Under the pieces are notes generated by a model. The model saw only the letters and a program-made list of their open reading frames with translations, did not search any database and was not told where the DNA came from. Both the position numbers and the translations under genes were made by a program. Of a stretch of DNA of 64,000 bases, positions 29,552-44,005 are shown piece by piece. Numbering within the stretch: position 1 is the first letter of the stretch; each line of letters begins with the position of its first letter. Source of the DNA: Chrysomallon squamiferum (Eukaryota > Animalia > Mollusca); assembly GCA_012295275.1 (NCBI GenBank), contig CM022671.1, forward strand, positions 31,496,001 to 31,560,000, in the 5' to 3' direction.

Positions 29552-29970
29552 GCAGCACTTTGTTAGAAGAGATGATGATAAAGATAAAATGGTTTAACTA
29601 CCTCTGTGTGAAATAGAAAGAAACGTCGGAGTTAACTCTAGCCGATACTAGTCGAAGTTTGAGTATAGAGAGAGAGAGAGCGTATAATGTTTTTATATAT
29701 TTTATTTTGTTTGTTTTTTTTGTTTTGTTTTGTTTTATTTTGTTTCGTTTCGTTTCTTTTATTATTATTATTTTTTACTTCATTGTTTTCTTTTACATTA
29801 TTTTCTATTATTTTTTTATTTTTTTTTATTAATTCATTATTTTTCATTCATTCATTTTAAACTATAAAAATTACTCTGCCGTTTCAATAGATTGCAATTT
29901 ATATGATTACCACAACAAATGGCATATTTTTCACACAGTGATAGTAATTGATTTTACGATGCACCTCTAC

Positions 29971-30275
29971 AAATCCACAGCACATATTTAGAAGATTCTG
30001 TACACTGAAATCTGAAATACGGTTCCAAAAAAAATCCTCTACGTGTTTAAATGTAAAACACAGTTTTAGAAGATTCAACGTCATAAATCTTAAACAGTTC
30101 TACAACACATCAAGTTGCAGAACATTCTACGTTATAAATCTAAAAACAGATTTAGATCGTACTGCGTAATAAACTTAAAACACTGTTCTAGAACACACTA
30201 CGTTACAAATCTAAAACTTTGTGTACAACAATGTTATATTAAAAATAAAGTTCTGGAATATTCTGCGTTAAAAAT
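29971..30275. repeat. Decayed ~36-bp minisatellite (~8 units) whose consensus contains an HSE
   Basis: Units start at ~29971, 30008, 30049, 30085, 30136, 30171, 30207 and ~30238; by-eye consensus AAATCTAAAACACAGTTCTAGAANATTCTACGTTAT. Confidence 0.75.
30250..30264. promoter_or_regulatory. Perfect 3-pentamer heat shock element
   Basis: gTTCt gGAAt aTTCt. Confidence 0.5.
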
Positions 30276-30308
30276 GATGTCATAGAGTTTAAATTTTTTA
30301 ATTTTGAT

Positions 30309-30339
<31 letters not shown>

Positions 30340-30626
30340 TTTTTTATTTATTATTTTGTCTTTTTCATAACTGTTATATTACTGAGAATATTTTATACAC
30401 AGTGTTATGAATCGCTACGCTAAACCGATTTATGTTTTAATCTTTCCCAATTTTTGTATATTATAAAAAAATATTTACATAACATATGATTATTCAAATG
30501 TTTAACTAACCTTCGAACACATAACCCTAATACTCTCTTAAGCCAATAAATGTAAACATTAATGAAATGACTCGACAATTTATTATTGAATATACTAAAG
30601 ATGATTGTGAGATTGATTTCATCTTC

Positions 30627-30627
<1 letters not shown>

Positions 30628-30708
<81 letters not shown>
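30628..30708. repeat. (CT)n microsatellite
   Basis: Directly visible. Confidence 0.95.
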
Positions 30709-30714
<6 letters not shown>

Positions 30715-30960
30715 TAACAACTTTCTATTATTAACAATTAAACGAGGTTAGAGTTAGATAAATCATCACGTGTTTATTTAGAAGGAGACATGAAAAAGAT
30801 GAGACCACAAACCTCCTTGAATCCGAGCCTGTAAAAAAAAACAAGACAATGAAACAACATAAATATCTAATCTTTAAATAGTCATTCTTCATTTTCAATG
30901 TGTTTTAATTCTTAACGTGTTTTGCTTTGTTTAAATTTATTATTATTGTTGTTGTTGTTG

Positions 30961-31009
<49 letters not shown>

Positions 31010-31333
31010 TGTTTTGTTTTGTGCTGTAGTTCAGAGTCAGCGGTCAAAATCAGCGTTATTCTTAGAATATTTTCATCTTGTTTTATCTATGACTGTCTCT
31101 CTAAGAAATGGCCATCGACACACCTGTTGAAAAATGTACCTGTGTAGCAGGTCACTGTAATCCTGGGATTAAAATGTTTCATTAGAACTGATCAATAATG
31201 AATGCTTTCATCAGCCGCTGGTCGAGTAACATTAGTGAGTCAGATAAATCAATCTGTGTAGTGTACAACATCTGGTCTACCACGCCATCACAAACCCGTT
31301 TTGATTATTAATGTTCTTGAATGAATTTTGTTT

Positions 31334-31627
<294 letters not shown>

Positions 31628-32270
31628 CAAGTTTATGTCTGTAGATCATTGCCAAATAGATATATATATATATATATATATAATAAAAACCCAAAACAGT
31701 AATACTTCCGTGAAACCGTGATTAGGAGGATTGTTTCGCTTCACCTGACATATGGATGTTATTTTAAAACTTTTAAAAGTGTAATAACAATGATAATAAA
31801 CTAGAAATATTAAGATGGTACATTAGAATATATCTATTTTGAAACCAGTAACTAAACAAAAAAAAAAAAAAATTTCTTTATCAAGGCTCGTAATATTGGA
31901 ATCGAAGACAAACGATGAATAATAATTCTCAGAAATGCGTAGAAGAACTATCGATTCGGGTTTTTCCAGCAAAAATTCCATCATCAACAAACCTGCTGGC
32001 AAATTGTTGCAATTAAGAAATTAGTACGCAAAAAGAAATAAGTAAATCGAATTGGTTTTGTCACATTCTGAGAAGGATAGATACATAAAAATACCGCTGA
32101 CAAGTTACAGCGTACAATTTACTCATGCCTCTGTTAATACTAATCTTCCTGGTCGAGTGACAAATGCACGATGACCAATTCATGGATTGATCTAACAACG
32201 ATATAAATCTACGTTGTTATGTGAATGAAGATGTGATGACGAAGAGAAATAGAGTGGAAGAAAGAGAATC

Positions 32271-32370
<100 letters not shown>

Positions 32371-32571
32371 TGAAATAAAGGAACGGAGATAAACATACAA
32401 ATTGGCAGGCAAACAGACAGCTACATAAATAGAAAAAAAGATGGACAGCTATATGTGTAGATAGATAGATGGATAGATAGAAAAAATAGACAGATAGAAA
32501 GACAGATATACAGACAGACAAACAGAATGACGAACGGAAACAACCTATCACTCTCTTTCTCTGTTTTTCTT

Positions 32572-32604
<33 letters not shown>

Positions 32605-33771
32605 CAGGAAACTGTTAAGCTATTAATTCAAAGAGACACTTAATTTAGTCTTAATTTAGTTGGGTATTTTTTTTTTTTTTTACTTTTTTTTTTCTGGCTT
32701 TAACCCATCAACAAGCCACGCTCGCTTTGATAAGAGTCAACAGCTTCTGACCCGCTTCCTGTCACTGTTAGGACCAGACGAAGAGCGTCCCGTTATTTAT
32801 GAAAGACAATGTGACAAATTTGCGCAAAGTTTATCTTCTTCGAGAGTCGCTTATTGAAGACTGCTCGGGTCTGTATCTCCAAGTAGTGCGTATGTCGCTT
32901 CACCATTCTCAAATCAGTTTCCCACGAAGTCAGTCTCTACTCTTTTTTTTTTCCCCTTTATTTTTTTTTTTTTTTTTTTTATGAATGAAATAAGACGTAA
33001 CAAGCCAAGTGAGTGAGTAGCGTAATTCCGTCCCTGGGGTGCGGCGCTTCCAGCCAACCTCAACGATCTCGAGATTTCCGGGTCGTGTTTTCCTTTTGCG
33101 GTTCAAAGCTATCAACAGACATGTGCCTAAGAGTTTTTATTTGTTTCGGCGATAATGTGAAAATAAGGTGTAACAGCAGTTTCTGCAGCACGCAGACTGA
33201 ATCAGACGTTTTGCCTTGATAAGAGGGTAACACATGATACGGTTAAACTTTCCATTATTATATCCGAGAGGCTGGGTCCCAGTTTCTTTTTTTTTTTTTT
33301 TTTTTTGACTGGTTGGATGTGATGAGTGTGTTGTGAGTGCGTGTGAGTGTTTGCGTGTGCGTACACCCACTCACGCGGTGCACGTACCCTATCTCGGGGT
33401 AAAAACAGACACGTATATAAGCATGAATACCCGAGTGTGTACGTGTGTGAGAGTATATCTTTTTATGCAGATTTTATATGAATCTGCGTTTGGTGGTTTA
33501 TAAAGCGATCTGTTAAAAAAAAAAAAATTGTTTAATTAAAATAAATAAATAAATAAATAAATACAGCTGTGTTTATTACATAATTATGACTGGACTGAAA
33601 TATTTAATTTTATTTACTGAACTATTATAAATTTGTTCCCTTTAAGTGCATAATATATAATTATGAATAAATTATATGAATGCATTCATATATGTATATA
33701 TGAATGTATTCATATATGTGTTTCTGTATGAATTTATATGGTTTATATATATATATGTTTGTGTTTATTGT

Positions 33772-34050
33772 GTTTAAATAAATGTTGATTGTGTGTTTAT
33801 TACTCTTATGTTTATAGAATATATTATCATTTCAAGCGCGGGTCTGTATTTGCATGTATGTCAATGTATCTATGAATGAATGTATGTGTATGGTTTATTT
33901 TTACGATTAATTATCGTCAGAATATTATTAAATTTTACAACTGTTTTATTCACGAGCAAACATTAAATAAATGCTTATGCTTTATTACGCTTATGATTTT
34001 TAGAATGGATTATCATTTCAACAACTTCATCATCGCGGGTCTGTATTTTA
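33772..34050. repeat. Diverged two-copy duplication (period ~190 bp)
   Basis: ttaaataaatg...tttattacNcttatg...attatcatttcaa...cgcgggtctgtattt occurs twice. Confidence 0.75.
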
Positions 34051-34119
34051 TTTTACATTAGGGGGATGTCAATCAAACAAACCCCAACACCGACAATTTA
34101 TTAGAATGCCTTGTATTGA

Positions 34120-34266
34120 ATATTATTATTATGTTATTCATTATTATTATTTATTATTACTACTACTGTTATTATCATTATCATCATCATCAACATCATC
34201 ATCATCATCATTATTATTATTATTATTTATTATTTATTATTATCAACATCATCATCATCATTATTA

Positions 34267-34307
<41 letters not shown>

Positions 34308-34400
34308 TGTTGTTATTATTATTATTATTGTTATTGTTACTGTTGTTGTTGTTGTTGGTGGTCGTGATCGTTGTGTTTATTATCAACATCATTATCATCA
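34120..34400. repeat. Compound (ATT)/(ATC)/(GTT) trinucleotide array
   Basis: Directly visible. Confidence 0.95.
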
Positions 34401-34702
34401 CTGGATATTAGAAATAGAACACAAATTTCCGTTGCACTTGTACATGGGTTTGGCAGGTACTTACAAACTGTAAAGTTTATTTAAGGAAATTGCACATTTA
34501 TTTCAAAAGGACGGAGCGCCCATCTTACAAGCTTTGTGTATTTGAATCGCTTGATGACATTTCCTACACTGCATGAGAATGTTTGTCAGTTTGAGGGAAT
34601 TAAAGTGTAACAGATAATTCTGTACGTTACTGTCATATTATAGGCTTTTGTTTCTGTTTCAATTTATTTATTTAATTTCTAATTTAATTTGATTTAATTT
34701 AA

Positions 34703-34743
<41 letters not shown>

Positions 34744-36132
34744 GTTATTATTATTGTTGTTGTTGTTGTTGTTATTGTTATTGTTATTGTTATTGTTGTT
34801 GTATTATTCTACCGGTTTTCGTAGTTTATATCTATACATAATTATACAGATGGAAGGATAATAGAGATGGACTGATGTATCGACAGTATATATATATATA
34901 TATAAAAGCAGAGAAGTAGACAAAACAGACAGATAAAGAAACAGACAGACAGAAAGATAACTATAAATATACTAGTTCAGTAACGTCACTGGCCGTTTGA
35001 CTACTGTTTCTGTTACGGCTATATATAGCTCCAGCCATTTTTCAAAGACATAAAACACCTGAAAAGTTGGCCGCCTTCATCGGCGTTTGCGGCACGTCAC
35101 GTTAATTGATGCCACTTGTCATATTTACATTATCACAATCGTTGGATCTTTAAGCGATGTTTTTCTTTCGTTTCCTCCCCAAACAAAACGGCAACAAGCT
35201 GTCAAGTCAGCCGACCGCCATTGGCTCCAGAAAGCGACCTCTGGCGCACAGACAGCAGATCTCTGCTTGCTGAAAACATATATTAATTTTCTGCTACGTT
35301 TTGCGAATATTATCAGCTCATTCTGCTTGGAATTTTGTGTCATATCTACTGGCGAGGAATGCGAAACGCGGCGTGCGGAATACACAGACAGAAAGCTGGA
35401 TTGATTGGGACACTGCCCGTGCCACGTCTGATTTCAGGAATCATTTGTATTTGTCAAAGGATTGGATGCGAAACGTCTTCGCCTGTGGTAGGCAAATTTT
35501 CGGATAGTTATCCGATGAGGTCTGAACCGCTTTGTCACACAGAATGTAAACTAAGAAATTTTGTTTAAATTGTTATCTCAGGAAAGCTGAAGTGAGTCTG
35601 AATATGTCTTTGAAGTGCTCGTTTGACGCAAGAATACAGAAGTATGCGTTGCCGGGATTTAACTGAAGCAGACACCCGAGGTCTCGTTCAGTCGGGTCCA
35701 AAAGAAGATAGCCATCTTTGCTAGCGAGATGCTCACTTGGAACATTTACAGAAAATGCGTTATAAATATCATTCCAATTCTTTTGCCAGTTTTATTTTTC
35801 ATGTTTCTGTTGGGTTTTTTTTTTGTGGTTTTTTTTTTTTTGTTTTTTTTTTTTGTTTGCGACACGTTAATCTTTCTGTGGTATCTTGATTTGGCAAACA
35901 GGCGTATGTTCATAACGTTGTATATTGTCGTTCGATGATAAATACTTGCAACATAAGCAATTAAAGTGTTGCCAAATTTCAAAATTACTCATCGCTAATA
36001 AAACATTTTTACCAAAGTTTTAAGTGATATTTTCTGCGTTTTTCTTCTTCCGCATTTTTTTGTTCATTTTTATCTTCTTCTTTTTTATTTTTTTTTTTTT
36101 TCCTCTTTTTTCTTTTCTTTTTATTATTATTA

Positions 36133-36167
<35 letters not shown>

Positions 36168-36469
36168 GTTGTTGTTGTTGTTGTTGTTATTATTATTATT
36201 ATTATTGTCATAGTCATCACAATTATAATTATTATTTTTACTGTTGTAGTTGTTGTATTTGTTGTTGCCGAAGTTGCTGTTCATATACATTTTTATAATG
36301 TGCAACATCATAAAATGTATATTATATTTCTCCTTCATTGTTTCTTCTGCTTTTTTATTTACCCACATTACACTATAGATCTTTCTTTCGTTCGTTCTTA
36401 ATATACGTATATATATATAGTTCTATTACGAATTCTCAGCAAAACAAAAAATAAGAATAAAAACGCATC

Positions 36470-36558
36470 AAAGGTCAGTTCTTTGAAATACAAGATTAAA
36501 GTAAACATAAATGCAAAAATCTATGACTACTTAAGTTTAACAAAAAGAACTGACCTTT
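36470..36558. repeat. Perfect 15-bp inverted repeat with 59-bp spacer
   Basis: AAAGGTCAGTTCTTT (36470-36484) / AAAGAACTGACCTTT (36544-36558). Confidence 0.85.
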
Positions 36559-37454
36559 TTTTTTTTTCTGGGAATCTTGGACCTGGTTGAGGTGTGGTTA
36601 CGAAATCGATCAGCTTTACAAGAACGTGGAACACGAAAATGGTGCCCATGGTAAAAGGAACTCACGATTTGGCGCTTACTGGACAAATTGTGTTACTTGA
36701 TATGTTTTATTATTTTTCTGTTCTTTTCCCTTCAAAAGTCGTCTGAATTTCAGATCTCAGTCCAAGAGAGATTTGTCGTACAATTTCTGACCTCGGCGTT
36801 TTACAAACATATAGGTGTTTGTATTTCTTTTATTTTATTTTGGTATGTATGCATGTATGTGCATGTAGGTATACATGTATGTGTGTGTGTGTGTGTGTGT
36901 GTGGGGGGGTGTATTTACAGAAATATGCACGTACATGTGTATCTATGCATATATGTATGTATATCATTTATTTCTGTTTGTATGTGCAGTGCATGAAATA
37001 TGTATGCACGTACGTACGTGGGTTTTTATTTGCGAGTAGATATTTTATATTCCATAGTATGTGGATATGTGCAGCTGTGTCTGTGAATGTGTATGTATGG
37101 CATATTTGGGTTTGTGTAAAATATGTCAAAGTTTCGAAAAAACAACTGCTGTTGGTCACGTTTTTAGAACAGAGAGTGACGAGAAAAAAGGTGAATCTGC
37201 TATCAGTCTGAATATTTTCAATCAGTGTCAAAATATTTATTTCTAAGAAATAATAATCACTTGCCAGTAGACACCAGACTTCTGCTTTGTTTGCTTCTGT
37301 GTGCTCATGCGCTGCAATTTACTAACTTTCTAAACAACAAGAAGGAAGAAAGTTAATAACAGCCTTGTCATGCAGAAGAAAGAAAATCTGCCATCGCTAA
37401 TTAACAAACAATAAAGTAAAATGAAGTTTATAAAAAAAAAAAAAAAAAAAAAAA

Positions 37455-37870
37455 GCCATACGTGCATTATCTTTTATCTCAATAAATGATGGGCCACGCG
37501 ATCCAGCACGTTTCTCGCGAGATCTCGTCAACGCTGGCACCGTGGGAACCGGTCTCCGCTGAGAGAACCAGTCGAAAGTGAACTCGCCCTGCTTTGCTAC
37601 GCTTAATTTAGCCCGCTGTAAGATCGAGACGGGGCAGCTTTTGTGTGACATTGTTTTGTCACACGGCAAAGGTTTTGTGTCTGGCTGGTCAGATCTCGGC
37701 TGAAGTCACCTGACCGAGACTGAGCGATCAAAACGGAGTGCCTTGGTGGTCAACACTGAACAACAATACGGCGAGGGAAAATTAAGACTGAACCCCTACG
37801 TGACGTGCGGGAGGCCATTGTTCTCCCCAGACCTCGATGGGCGTTAACTCAATTTGGGAAAATTACTAAT
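37455..37870. promoter_or_regulatory. CpG-rich island with TCTCGCGAGA palindrome
   Basis: TCTCGCGAGA at 37513-37522; high CpG density; preceded by poly(A). Confidence 0.45.
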
Positions 37871-39248
37871 TTACGTTGACGAATAGCTATCGGAAAACAT
37901 TTGTATGCGGATTATAATTTACCTGTCAATACTTTCCACGGGGGGACAATAAACGCCAAACAAGTGACCATACACGGTTTATAATAATTTGTATATATAT
38001 AAAGAAAAAAAAGTAATATTTAAAAATTCCTCCGACATCGCCCGTGAAAATAGGAAATTATGTCTCCGATTAGCCTCTCAGAATCCAGTAATCATCTTGG
38101 TAGCGATAATTGCCTTAGCAGCTTCTTGACGGACGAAGAAGTCAGTTTGAAAACCTCCCCAATACAGAAAACGATCCGACCTCCCATTGAAATATTATTG
38201 CTTTATTTGCATCTTTAGGGGGCAAATTAGGAGGCAGTGTTGTGGAAGAAGGGCATGAAAATTGCTCAAGCTGCTCGGGAAAACGTGGGTGGCCTGTACT
38301 TGGGTGTTTTCGGAGCGCCCGGCTGACAGATATTATTAACTTTGTCTGTGTGTATAATATGCTGCAAAAAGAAAAAAGAAGAAAAAAAGAAAGAAAAGAA
38401 GCCATAATGTACATTGTCGTTGTATGTGTGAGTGTGTGTGAGTTCTTATTCCTTTGTGACATCTTGTTTGTTAACGATCATTAAGGAGTTTTCCAAACAT
38501 CTTGTACCATTGTCCTGAATACCTTCTACAATAATGGCGAAGTTTTCAAACATTTTCAGTCCTTTGTCCTAACTCGTTTACAGAAAATCGCTAAGGATTT
38601 TCTCAATCAATTATGCACACGATGTATATTATTAACTTTTATTTTTTTTTATTATTATTATTTTTTTTAATACAGTAAATACCGGCAAATAATTTTTCAG
38701 TAACGAAATTTCTTTTTTTTTTCTTCTCTCTCTCTCTTTTTAAAAAGAAAAAAAAATTTACATCGTTACTTTATTACTAACTTATAAACCCGGTAATCAA
38801 ATCGTAGACATAAAATTAGAAATTGTCCAAGCATGACTGTTGCAGAAAACAGAGAAAATTTCCCATGATGTTATTTGTATAATACAAGAGAGAAAATATT
38901 TATTATACAAAAAACATCAGTCAAAGCGTAGAATAATTTAACGTCTGTGTGGCATTATTTCATTTTTTTATTTTTTATTCTATACATTAAAATAATTTAG
39001 ATCATTTCTTTTTTTATTTTTATTATTATTATTTTTTTTTTACATTGAATAATTTAATGAAAATGTATTTTAGGGAATAAAGTATTAGTGATTTCGATGC
39101 TTTTTGTGTATTTCGTAATAAAACCAAATTTTATCTTTAGTCATTTTGACGAATGTAAATTCCGTTTTCTTTTTGTTATTTAATTTAATGTTTAATCAGA
39201 AACGTATTTATTTTTAAGAAATTGTCTTTAAATTATATTTATTATTTT

Positions 39249-39249
<1 letters not shown>

Positions 39250-39326
<77 letters not shown>

Positions 39327-39628
39327 GGAAATGTAAATTAAAATAACATATTATTTTCAATGTGTTTTTTTTATTTTAATATTATTATCACATGTATCAT
39401 TGTTATTGCTATTATTATTATTATTATTATTATTATTATGACGTTTATAAAATTAATTAGAGTGAAAATAGGTTTTGCAAATTTTTGTTCTAAATAAAAC
39501 GATACTGTATTCAGTAACATTTTTTAAGGACTGTATAATTAATTACAAAAATATTTTAATAAAAATAACACATTTTCTTTTCCGCTAGAAAAGGAATGTT
39601 CTTATTGTCGTTGATGTTGTTGTTGTTG

Positions 39629-39669
<41 letters not shown>

Positions 39670-39910
39670 AGTAGTAGTAGTAGTAGTAGCAGTAGAAGTA
39701 ATAATGGAAATAATAACAACATACTATTACTACTACTATTACTATCACTGTTATTATTGTTATTACTACTACTACTATTACCATTATTACTATTATTACT
39801 ACTACTATTAATATTATTACTGTCGTTACTACTAGTACCACTATTATTATTATTGTTATTATTATTATTATTATTGTCATTATTGCAGCTGCAGCAGCAG
39901 CAGCAGTAGT
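39250..39910. repeat. (AAT)n and compound (GTT/ATT/GTA/CTA/GCA)n arrays
   Basis: Directly visible. Confidence 0.9.
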
Positions 39911-40517
39911 GGTAATAACAGCAGCAGCAACTACAGCAACATTAACATCAACAGTACATTAATATCCACACACACCGTTTTTTTTAATATTTAATTTTTA
40001 ATTTTTAATTTTTTGTTTTTTTTGGACTACAATGCTAAAAGAAATGAGACTGAATATAATAGACACGCGTGTTCTTTACACGTATCCCAGTCCGCTAAGA
40101 CAATAAAGACATATTAATCAACAATCAATCATAACCCAGGAAACACACAGCACTCCCTACATCTATTTTAAAGCCCCCGATTTTAGGCCGCGTTATTGTT
40201 AGACAAATTCACGTAGCGATTCTAAAAGCGAGCGTTTCATGAGTAAAAATTTCTCTGTCGTCTTATTGCGGTCTCTAGTATGCGGCATTTTCAAACACTT
40301 CCGCGTGTACCCAGTTTTAGAACGAACACTAAAAGCCTATTGTCGTCGAATTTATTACACAAAGACATTTTATTTATTGTGTTGTATGAATTTCCCACAG
40401 GGAAAGGGAAATTATTAAGCTAATTTTATCCGCGGAGGTGGAATAGTAATAGTAACAGATTCAGGAATGTGATATTTTAGAATTTACAACTGTAGACGTG
40501 TATATGATTCTTATATA

Positions 40518-40562
<45 letters not shown>

Positions 40563-40682
40563 GTAATAATAATAGTAATAACAGTAATAATAATAATAGT
40601 AATAATAATAATAATGATAATAATGATAATGTCAATGATGATGATGATGATAATGATAATAATTATAATGATAATAATAATG

Positions 40683-40684
40683 AG

Positions 40685-40753
<69 letters not shown>

Positions 40754-40755
40754 CT
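40683..40755. repeat. Near-perfect AT-rich palindrome AGTAT(AAT)10|(ATT)11ATACT
   Basis: The repeat switches strand at 40717/40718 and the 5-bp flanks are complementary. Confidence 0.9.
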
Positions 40756-40949
40756 ACTATACTTTTGTTCTCATTATTGCTGTTACGTAACCGGTAATGT
40801 TACAACAGTCACAGTTTCTGGTTAAACAAAAAGCAGTCAATCATTTCAGTTTGACATCTGACAGGTGATTTTTTATTTTATTAATTAGACACAGACATCT
40901 CCTCACCTTTATGAAGCATCCATGAATCTTGTGGGTGCATGTTAGAGCA

Positions 40950-41140
40950 ATATAATATAAAAATATAATATAATATAATATAAAATAATATAACATAATA
41001 TAATATAATATAATATCATATAACGTAACGTAACGTACCATAACGTAACGATAATATTATATAATGTAATGTAAAGTAATGTAACGTAACGATAATATAA
41101 TATAATATAACGTATCATAACTAACGTAATATAATATAAT
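40950..41140. repeat. Pentanucleotide array (TAATA)n with TAACG/TAATG variants
   Basis: Directly visible. Confidence 0.9.
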
Positions 41141-41159
41141 ATAGTATGTGTTTGTGTGT

Positions 41160-41222
<63 letters not shown>

Positions 41223-42495
41223 TCATGCATGTCTCCAATCACACAACAAAAGAATGAAAATATAGGTAAAACAAAGACATTGACCCGATGAACGGAAACC
41301 CGCGGGTGTGTGTGTGTAAATCATAACGCCGCTGACGTAAAATATAAGGAAACCTTTTTTCCCGGGACAATAATGACACCTTGTGTTAGTTCTACAAAGA
41401 CCGAGAAAGATGAAAGACAGATAAAGACAAATGATGATGAATACGTCCGTACATAACAGTTTTGGAAATAATAACGACAATTGGCACAGTAACGAGTCGT
41501 AATTTTGACCTTCAGCTGAAGGTAAGCGTTGTCGTGTCATGTCAGGTGTGAAGTTTTTTTTTTTACGAGAAATTAAGTCGACTGTCGTAAGTGCTTTATT
41601 AAATAAGTAAAAAATGCAAATAAAATAAAATTAATCAATGACTGAATGAACAAACAAAAAAAAAAAAAAAAAAAATAATAAAACATATAAATTTATATCA
41701 CTCACAACATTACCTAATATTAATATTTATAACAACAAACTCGTTATTGTACACCGTATTAAACTATAAACTTTTTCTTTTATTATCGTCATACTGAAAC
41801 TAGATACTGTTTCATAGTGTCAGTATTCTGTCCATCCTCCCGCTTCATTTTGTTCTTACTTCTCAAAAATTACTAAAACATTTTAGATCGTTAGATGCAC
41901 ACAAACTCTTTGGATAAAACAGACAAGATTTATAAGCGATTGCTTGATGTTCCGCTTATGGTTGCCCGTTCAGTTAATTCCAGTTCCAAATATAACTTTA
42001 AAAAAAAAAAAAAAAAAAAATGGTATGAACTGTTCTGAGCATATGCAAATTGATGATTATTTTGCTACTAGATGATAAAAATATTTATTATGTTTACTGA
42101 AGATTTTGTGTCCATCGGTCGATGACAGAAAATTCATAAACGTGATCTAATAGCGGATTTCAACAAAACAAACTTTAAATGTAGACAAGCCCCTAACCTT
42201 GACATCTGTCTTAGTGTCAGCCATTGATGTAATAGAAACAAGTTTACTGTGCAGAAGTTTCGTTCCCACAGAAACCGGAACTGTGACTCTTAGTCCGGAC
42301 ACCGGACCGGAAGTTACTAAAATGGGGCTTTGAGTGCTGTTTATTCAGACTTTTCGAGTAAGTCAGTTATTCGGTTCATTCAGAAATTTCAGAAGAAAAC
42401 AGGTTAAGTTTAGTGTAAAGAAAGATTCAAAGAACAAATCAAATTTTAACTTACATTAACTGCTAATACTATTGTTAAAAAAATAACCACAGGAA

Positions 42496-42536
<41 letters not shown>

Positions 42537-42600
42537 ATAATAATAATAATAATAATAACAATAATAATAATAACAATAATAATAATAACAATAATAATAA

Positions 42601-42638
<38 letters not shown>

Positions 42639-42780
42639 ATAGTAATAGTAGTAGTAGTAGTAGTAGTAGTGGTAATAGTAGTAGCAGTTGTATTAATGGT
42701 TGTAACAATAACAACAAGAACATCAATAACATAACAACAACAACAATAATAATAATAATAACAATCAACATCATCATCAT
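42496..42780. repeat. Compound (CTA)n/(ATA)n/(GTA)n array
   Basis: Directly visible; source of the poly-L/T/I ORFs. Confidence 0.95.
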
Positions 42781-43139
42781 TACAAATTAAATTTATAAAT
42801 TTCTTATTATCCATTATTCATTAGGATTTACGTTAATCATTTTAAACTATCAAATACAATTATAAATACCTTATAACAGCGACATCGGCCAGTTTCTTCT
42901 CTAAACAATTGTTGGCAAAATGTTATTACTGAAAGTTAATTACAGTTAATATAAAAACATTAGGAGTCATCATAAAACAAACGTCATTATTAATTTTTAT
43001 TAATCTTTATTCATTAAATGATCTTGTTACTCGTTTTAAAACAGTCCAACACACAGTGGCACATAAATTGTTAATTCCACCACTTTGTATCTTTCGTTTT
43101 CGATTAGATTCCCAGTTTTTAATAGGCGTTTTTACAAGT

Positions 43140-43450
43140 AACCAATCATTTGACTGTTTAGAGTCGCTAGCGACAAGCCAGACTACCGGTCAGTTTGTCG
43201 TACGATGATATCTCTAAGTTCTGAACAAAGAAAATGCCGTTACCATCGCAGTTTTGCTGTGATTGCTTGGATAACAAGACGACATCGTGGCCTTTATTGG
43301 TTTGGATAACTTAGAACTGCACTCGATGCATGGGCAATACGCGCGAAGTCAGGCATCCTAAATGAAGGGTGTCAAAGATGGCGGCCGATACGTCTGCTGG
43401 CTTGCAAAGACCATTGAAAGATTGATCTCTCTGCACTAGGTGGCGCTCCC
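43140..43450 (+). promoter_or_regulatory. Promoter/insulator-like island: CCAAT, RFX-like palindrome, YY1, CTCF
   Basis: CCAAT 43142-43146; GTCGCTAGCGAC 43163-43174; ATTGG 43296-43300; AAGATGGCGGC 43375-43385; TCTGCACTAGGTGGCGCTC 43430-43448. Confidence 0.55.
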
Positions 43451-43850
43451 ATCATTGCTGGAAATCAAATGAGAAATGATATTGCAGTTAAATATCTCGG
43501 ACAAAATTCATTTCTCGGAGAGTCTTCACGGCGACAATAAAGTGAACCCCAATCAGGTAGATACATCAAAATGAATTCCAAACCAGACGAAATAGAACTG
43601 GAATGCGGAAACACTAGAAAAAAGGACACCTTGAACTTCTTTGACGTATCAATTATTCTTCTGTAGATAATTCCTGCAGATGAATGATTGCGGTAGATTC
43701 CCCCCCAGATAACAGAAAAGAAAGACAGTTAAAAGAAAAAAAAAATATATATATATAGAAAACAGAAGAAAGAAATGGAAAGGCCATGAGAGAAAATGAG
43801 AAAGAAAGGCGGGCTTAAATAGATTATATAAATAAAATGTTCAGTGAATG

Positions 43851-44005
<155 letters not shown>

